A stretch of DNA of 43,321 nt from Dicyema japonicum (lineage: Eukaryota > Animalia > Dicyemida). Location of the stretch: contig RDEW01000132.1 in NCBI GenBank assembly GCA_011109175.1, positions 7,359 through 50,679 of the forward strand. Direction: 5' to 3'. Positions 36,901 to 43,321 of the stretch are shown here, piece by piece. A program made the position numbers and the translations under genes. The notes beneath the pieces were generated by a model that was given only the letters and a program-made list of their open reading frames with translations, had not been told where the DNA came from and did no database searches. Within the stretch, counting starts at the first letter, position 1; the number at the start of each line of letters is the position of its first letter.

Positions 36901-37949
36901 AACATCTGCTTTTCTGCGGATTTTTATCGAGATCACACTATACTGGCTCTGATGGTATCTATTTAAAGTAATGCAAAAATTACGCTTTCTTAATTTCAAC
37001 TATTGTGGCATCGTTTTTTAATCCCAATATTTTATGTCACCTTCCTTCGAGGAATTTAACCAATTGTTTCGATTTTTATTGGACTTGAAAAAATATACAT
37101 TAAATTTATTGTTTTTTATGATTTTCAAAACTATTATTATTTAATAAATAAATTTTTTTAAATTTGTAATAAATAAAAATTTAGTCAAAATTCAACTGTG
37201 ATAGAGTCGAAATGTAGTTTCTCGATAGATAAGAGCATTTCTTGTTTTTTTCATGATTTTATGGCAAAAATGGTTTTAAAACAATTGACTAAATATAGAA
37301 CAAACCAAAATTTTGGCTTTAAGATGGCAACACTCCCCCTATGCGACTTTCGGCCGCGGAGTTTGATACTGACTCATTAAAAATATAGAAAAATTCCTAA
37401 CCAAAATTTTCTTTATACCATATCCCTATCGTCAATAAAATAGTCACACTAACCCTATGCAGCTTACGGTCACGGCCTGTGTAATCGAGCGCGTCCGAAC
37501 TGGATCAATTGTTCATGACGGTTACATTTTATAATAGCTTACATTCCATTCGTAACCTAAATAAAAAATTTAAACAAATATCATACCAGCAATTTAATGT
37601 CAATATTTAAGTATTATTTTAATTTAATCTCACCAATGATTTTTGAAGTCTTGAATGAACCAGGGAACGCGCCATCGTGATTGCGAAGGTCCAGTCACTC
37701 GACCGATACGTGCCTGTGTGGGTCGAGGAGGAGAGCATCGGACCAAGATGAGGTTTCTTATAGAGCGTTCAGGATCATGTGATTAATTAGTTTCTGTAAC
37801 CGTGGTCTCTGGTGTTATTATTATTAAATCATCCATAGGAGTTCTCCCTGGACGGCAATTTCTTCAATTCCGAGTATATAAAGACTGCTGAGATAGGCCT
37901 AGATCACCTGACTTTTTCATTCTGTCTATGATGCTGGTTTTCTGATTTA

Positions 37950-40200
37950 ATAAATTTAATTTAAAAAAAAAACTTAAGTATTATTCCTGGTTTTCTACTC
38001 TCACATTCAACTTGTCGAATAGGCACCAACTATGTCTGGACCTTGAACTGTATCGATTTTCTGGATGCCTTTGACTTGTTCATGTGCAACCTCTAATTCC
38101 AACATTCCGCAAGTCATAAAACAACGTGGGAAAGGTTCTCGACTTTCGAACACCGAAAATCCGATAAAGATTTATAATCGAATATATTATTGTCGAATAA
38201 AAGACATTTTTCTTAAGCGACTCGAGATCTTATGGAGGATTCACTATTGACAGTCACCACATAATTGTGTCTGCAAAATTCAACCTAAAATCTTGTCTAA
38301 GTCCGGAGAATGGGTATGATTCTCCACTTGAAATCTAACAGATGCTTCATCCAAACACAATGTCTTGTGCTTTCCACACGATCATGAAGAAGGTAACGCC
38401 GCTGGCTATTTGAGCGAATTTCGCTCGCAATTTTGAGAGGGAACAGCCACGCGGTGAGGGCGGCAACTACCTGACTTCTATTGTTTAAAATTTAAAAATT
38501 GTTTTTAAAAAAAAAAGAAGGTATATGACTGAACTCTCGGGCTTGTCAGAAGTCTGCAAGTAGAGTATCAAGAGTGTGTATCAGAGTCAATCAGAAAAAT
38601 ATATGAACGGATTTTCTACCGGAAAATTCATGTTTCGAAACTGTGAGGAGGATCACTTCCGCGGCTGATAAACACCTTGGGAAACCTAAACTCCAAAACA
38701 GTCAGCGTCACCCAGATATGGCAGCTCTATTGAATCTGCAGAAGGGTTTAAGGATCAGATCCTAAAAAACTGCGCATCCGCAAATTGTTTCCAAACTGAA
38801 ACAAGAACGAAGTCAATTATAGAGGAAATCAAATTCAAACAAGCGACATCACAACAACACACTTGGAAAACAAGATTAAAGAGGTCGAACTCCTTAAAAA
38901 CAACGCTGCAACATTTATGGCTATGTGACTATTGCGGGGGAAGAACTAATCAGGGAAGCTTCTTTTGCACGGCAGATAAGAAAAAACAATAGGAAATGCT
39001 GCCAAAAATAGGGTTCGTCGCATCGAAGTTTGAACGACTTTTTTGTGAAAAAAAGAAATTGAATTCAGATAAACTCTTAAGATTACTGAACGATTTGATA
39101 ACTAACAAGGACTTTTCAGAGTTTGGAAAAAGAGTACTGATACAAGTCCAAAAGAAAATACCCTGCGGAAGATCCTTGCCCTGATCGTACTTAATTGGAT
39201 CCAAGAGCCAGTGGACGGGTACTTGGCCCAAAGCTAGAGTAGATTCAGGACTGGGAGATCAACAGCTGATGTAGTATGGTGCCATAGGTAGCATTGTGTT
39301 ATTCAGCAAAGATTCTAAAGTTCAAGACTATTCCTGGATTTAATCTCACCAAAGCTTTCGACACTGTCCGTCGAGGAAAAATCATTGAAGTGCTGGAAAC
39401 TTTCATGGATCCGAACTCGGTCACTTTAATACGGATACTCCTATCAAACACGGTGTTGCGGGTGCTTATTGGAAAATCGTGACAACAGTAGGTACACCTC
39501 TAGGAGACTCCTTCCCCTGGTATTGTTAGCTGTATACCTTGAATATGCTCTACGAGATCTCCGGAAGTATTACAGCGACAATATTACGGAAATTGTTTAC
39601 CCCGATGATGTTGACTTTGTCTCAAGTAACAAAGATACACTTTCGACATCTTTTGGAGGTAGCAGCAGACCGCCTAGCTAAATGGTCTCTATTAGAACCA
39701 CGCAGTACCGAAAACTGGAGAAAGAACATTTTGAAAGGATGGAACCAAAGGCGTCCAGTCTGCCCTTCACTCTGACTCAGATTGTACGAGGATTTCGTGA
39801 AACCGATCCTTACGTAATAACTCTGGAACATGGGTAATTTCGAAAACAAGGGACAAAGGCTCAACTCCTTTCATAAAAAGCAACTTTTATCTCTCTTTGG
39901 ATTAAACTGGCCAATGCGTGTAAAGAGTGAAGCATTGTACAAAAGATGCTTCTCTGGACCCCTGAACATGAAGATGAGGTGGAAACTGTTTGGTCAAATT
40001 CTAAGAATGAAATGAGATACGCCAGCGAACAAATTCTTTGAAACGTGGAAAAAGTCATAGGGCGTTTACGTATAACGCTTCCCTAAGTCCTTAGTGGAGA
40101 ATTGAGACAGTAAACAGATCACTAGGGAACAGGGAAGACCTTAGTAGTCTGCGGAGTTTGGCACTAAATATGATTCTATGTTGTTGCTTATAATAATTAA
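37950..40200 (+). mobile_element. Decayed RTE-like LINE (EN-RT); internally deleted counterpart at about 13420-13930
   Basis: DSHHIIVSAKF (endonuclease end), LTKAFDTVRRGKIIEVL...LIRILLSNT, TVGTP.GDS, YPDDVDFVS, then RLNSFHKKQLLSLFGLNWP...RWKLFGQILRM. Confidence 0.75.
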
Positions 40201-42980
40201 TTTAATTTTAATTTATTAACCCCGGATACACCGAGAAAGAAGTTAAAGTAAAAAACTAGTTAAGTGTATCCAGTTTCCACTTCCACAAAAACAGAGTCTA
40301 TCCGAAATCAGCATAAAGGAAAAAGACGTCCATACTTGCAGTTGTAGTAACCCCTCCAGTGGATGATTCTTTTTCGTGACAGCCAGGCACTGGGCGCCAC
40401 CTAGACAGGTGGATCACATGACGCCACTCTAATAAAAAGAGAAAGAGGAGGAACAGATAAACAAGCAGAAAACATCATCCAATTATCCACGCAGCACCAC
40501 GCGGCAAAACCTATAATAATAAGGATTTGCTTATAAAGTTAACGAACTTGAGATTTTCCATCACGCAAAGGTGAAATTAATCCTTGTGGTCATCACTTGG
40601 GATGGAATTGTCCCCAAATTCTTCAAAGGCTGCTTGGATGCCCTCAAGGTGAGGAAAGGGTTAAAGCTTATATACAGATGTTAGTGTTACGGAAGACTTT
40701 GGAGAGTATGCAAGCTGAGGAGAAGCATGGAGTACCGATGCCTGTTGATGAGGAAGACGGCATGGAATGTCAACCTATGGTAGTCTCTGAATGTGGGGAA
40801 TACAGCGACGTAACACGCCTATAAAGGCAATAGAGATTAGCCCCAAGAATAGAAGATTGAGTTAGACGGGTGTTATAAAATAATTACTTATACTTATTGT
40901 TTGATTAATATTAAAATAGTAAGTTAGACGTATAACTTGTTGATTATTTTTATGTATTTATTTTAATAAATCTGCTTAGTTTTTATTAAATTTATAAATC
41001 AATTGTTTAATTCAATTTTTCGGTCCGCGTTTTTTCTTGAGTGGCTGATTGGTTGAAAATTTATCTTCTTGCTCTGTTGGCGTCATTGGATCCACCTTAC
41101 TTAGGTGACGCCCAATGTCCGGCCGGCATTCAAAAGGATCCAACTATTCATTCCACGTGAGACAATTTCGTTCCTTGGCGACGAGTTTTGGAATCGAGCA
41201 TAGCTCTACGGACGAAGTCGATTGAATCACTGTTCTTGTTGAAGGTCTTGCTGGAACGCGTCAGGATCAAGGAATTTGTTAATCTGATTAACCGTCTGTC
41301 TCTGGAACAATTTATTATTATACCGTGGTCCCACTAGAAAAACTTTAAAAACAAGGTTGATTTTTTAAACTTTACTATGAAGATCAAACCCAGTCAAAAA
41401 GGACACATAAAGTTACGAAACGATGGACTACTGGAAAGGTCCCCTCTCCAAGACCTTTGGATTTCCTAATCTACGTGAACCGAGGACCGGGTCCGTGTGA
41501 CTACGAGCATCCAGTTGTACGGCCGATACGTATTGTGTGCGCTCGCGGGATGAACATTCGCCAAATTGAGGTCTCTGTTGGAGCGTTCCGGGATCACATG
41601 AGTAGTTAGTTTGGTGCTACCGTGGCCTAAGGTTAAGAGCTAGGCGATATTTGACTTTATGTTAAATTTAACTGGAAGATGCTTTTACATGACGTCATGG
41701 AAAAGATCAATCTGATAGCATGGATCTTAAGCGGATGTCTGACAAATAATCTACGAGTTCAACGAACGAAACGAACTTAAAATATTGTATTTGCTCAGAA
41801 ATGGGAGTTGCATTTTCGTTCGCTATTAAAGTCAGTTTCATAATATTTTTAGTAAGAAAAATCGACAAAAATATAAATTTTATTTATTTTTCTATAATTT
41901 TTAATTTATTTAACTTTTTTTAAAACTAAAATCAACATTCTCAGCGGCTGAACAGGTTTTGTGACTAAGGTATCAGGTGACTTTCCTGAGTCCTCCCGGC
42001 TTCAAATGAAAAATAGACTTATTTTTAAATTGTTTCAAACGTTTACGTGTTTAATGTATTTGCCCTGATTTTTGTGAATTAACTTTATTCAAACAAAAAA
42101 AATAGTATTAAATCAGTCTCCGGCTCCCAAGAGACAGTGTTCATTGCCACGGATAATAACAATATCCAGGTCATGTGAAACGCATCTCTATTCACGGGAA
42201 TTTCTCAGTCGCGCCACATCCGCATTCCCGATTTTTTTCTCATTTACAAATTCTTCCAACCACCACAGACACTCGAAAACGATCGGAAGAAAAGAAAACA
42301 ATCTAAAGGACTGAAGTGATGCTACGGGTAATCGGTGATCCTGTGATGAAGTTGATTGATTACTTAAGCGTGATAATTATATTCTGTTAGATGCGTTTGA
42401 AAATCTATAAAGTCTTCAATTTTCCGAATTTTATGTTTTTGTTAGTTTATTTTGTTTACCCCCAGTCCTTCATGTTAGAAACTGTTTTGAGGGAAGCTTT
42501 TATACTCTTTTAAAGAGAATCCCGAAATTATGCTGATGGAAAAAATATTGCAAAATATGGGAGAAAAAAATATCGACAACGATGGAACTTCAAAGTATAT
42601 TTTAGGAGACGTAATAAAATTTTATCAGAACAATATTTTACATCGCGTTAACGATATTGATAAAGAAGAGACATTTGGGGATTCTTGTGAAAACAAACAA
42701 GTAGAAATATTATATAATGAGAAATTCATAAATGGAAACGTGATGATCCAAAATGCCGGGATCTTTATGTGGCTACTTTAGTTGGTCTAGTGGATTTTGG
42801 ATTGATACAAAATGTAGAATTAAGTATGATTTTCTTTGTAGAACTGATGGTTATCGATTATATTATTCATTCACTGGTCACTAAAATTAGTTAAATGATA
42901 GTTCCTTTAACACTAAGTTGATTTGTCTGACGTTTATGCTAAACTTTCAAACATCATATACAACAGCTCTACCGCCGATG

Positions 42981-43150
42981 AGTAGCACTGCTAGCGCGGT
43001 GTAATAATTTGCGGACCAAAATCAAAGGTCCCGGGTTCGAATCTCACTGGTGTCCATTCGGTTGAAGGGTCTACTAATCTACGATGCTTCTCGGTTGACG
43101 AGTGTCGTCGTCATCAGTGTTTCGTCACTAGGAACCGGAATTATCTACTG
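42981..43150 (+). mobile_element. tRNA-derived SINE, divergent 3-prime-truncated copy D
   Basis: B-box GGTTCGAATC, then GTTGAAGG..ATCTACGATGC..TTGACGAGTGTCGTCGTCATCAGTG..CACTAGGAACCGGA. Confidence 0.65.
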
Positions 43151-43321
43151 GAACTGAAAAAAGGATTAAAAAAACAAGAATTTCAAGAACACTTTCAATG
43201 TCTTGGATTAATTAGCATGACTGTTTTTACTTCTTGAATAAAGTGTGATTTTTTCCTATGTTGAGGTTTACTAAAAAAACTGCACTTTTACGCAGAGCCA
43301 TAAGCTTTAGCTCCTAACAGG

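Larger units (their letters stand above)
36906..43320 (+). repeat. Segmental duplication, copy 2
   Basis: Homologous to 12348-16542; runs to the window edge, so it may extend further. Confidence 0.95.

Noticed and set aside
42984-43056. Functional tRNA genes at the SINE heads (also 3468-3540)
   Set aside because: A/B boxes are present but the acceptor and anticodon stems pair poorly, and each head is fused to the shared repeat body.

Overview
AT-rich eukaryotic (metazoan) genomic DNA from a draft assembly with N gaps. There is one apparently functional host gene: a minus-strand ECT2/pebble RhoGEF (BRCT repeats-DH-PH, about 22423-26493) split by roughly 16 introns, most only 21-34 nt. Introns this short point to a genome-reduced parasite such as a dicyemid or myxozoan (inference). 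The rest is largely decayed mobile DNA: RTE-like and Jockey/CR1-like LINE remnants, three CRE-like RLE retroelement copies, Ty3/gypsy pol remnants, an internally deleted Buster-type hAT transposon and Helitron-like 23-aa repeats. Also present are an intron-bearing RPS4 pseudogene that the ORF track misses and a long direct segmental duplication (12348-16542 vs 36906-43320) bracketing ECT2. The most novel signals are a tRNA-headed SINE family whose body keeps a second cloverleaf-like fold across divergent copies, and an ECT2 intron that appears to lack an AG acceptor. Many short tandem duplications sit beside single n characters or gaps and look like assembly artefacts. All protein assignments come from manual translation and motif recall, not database searches.
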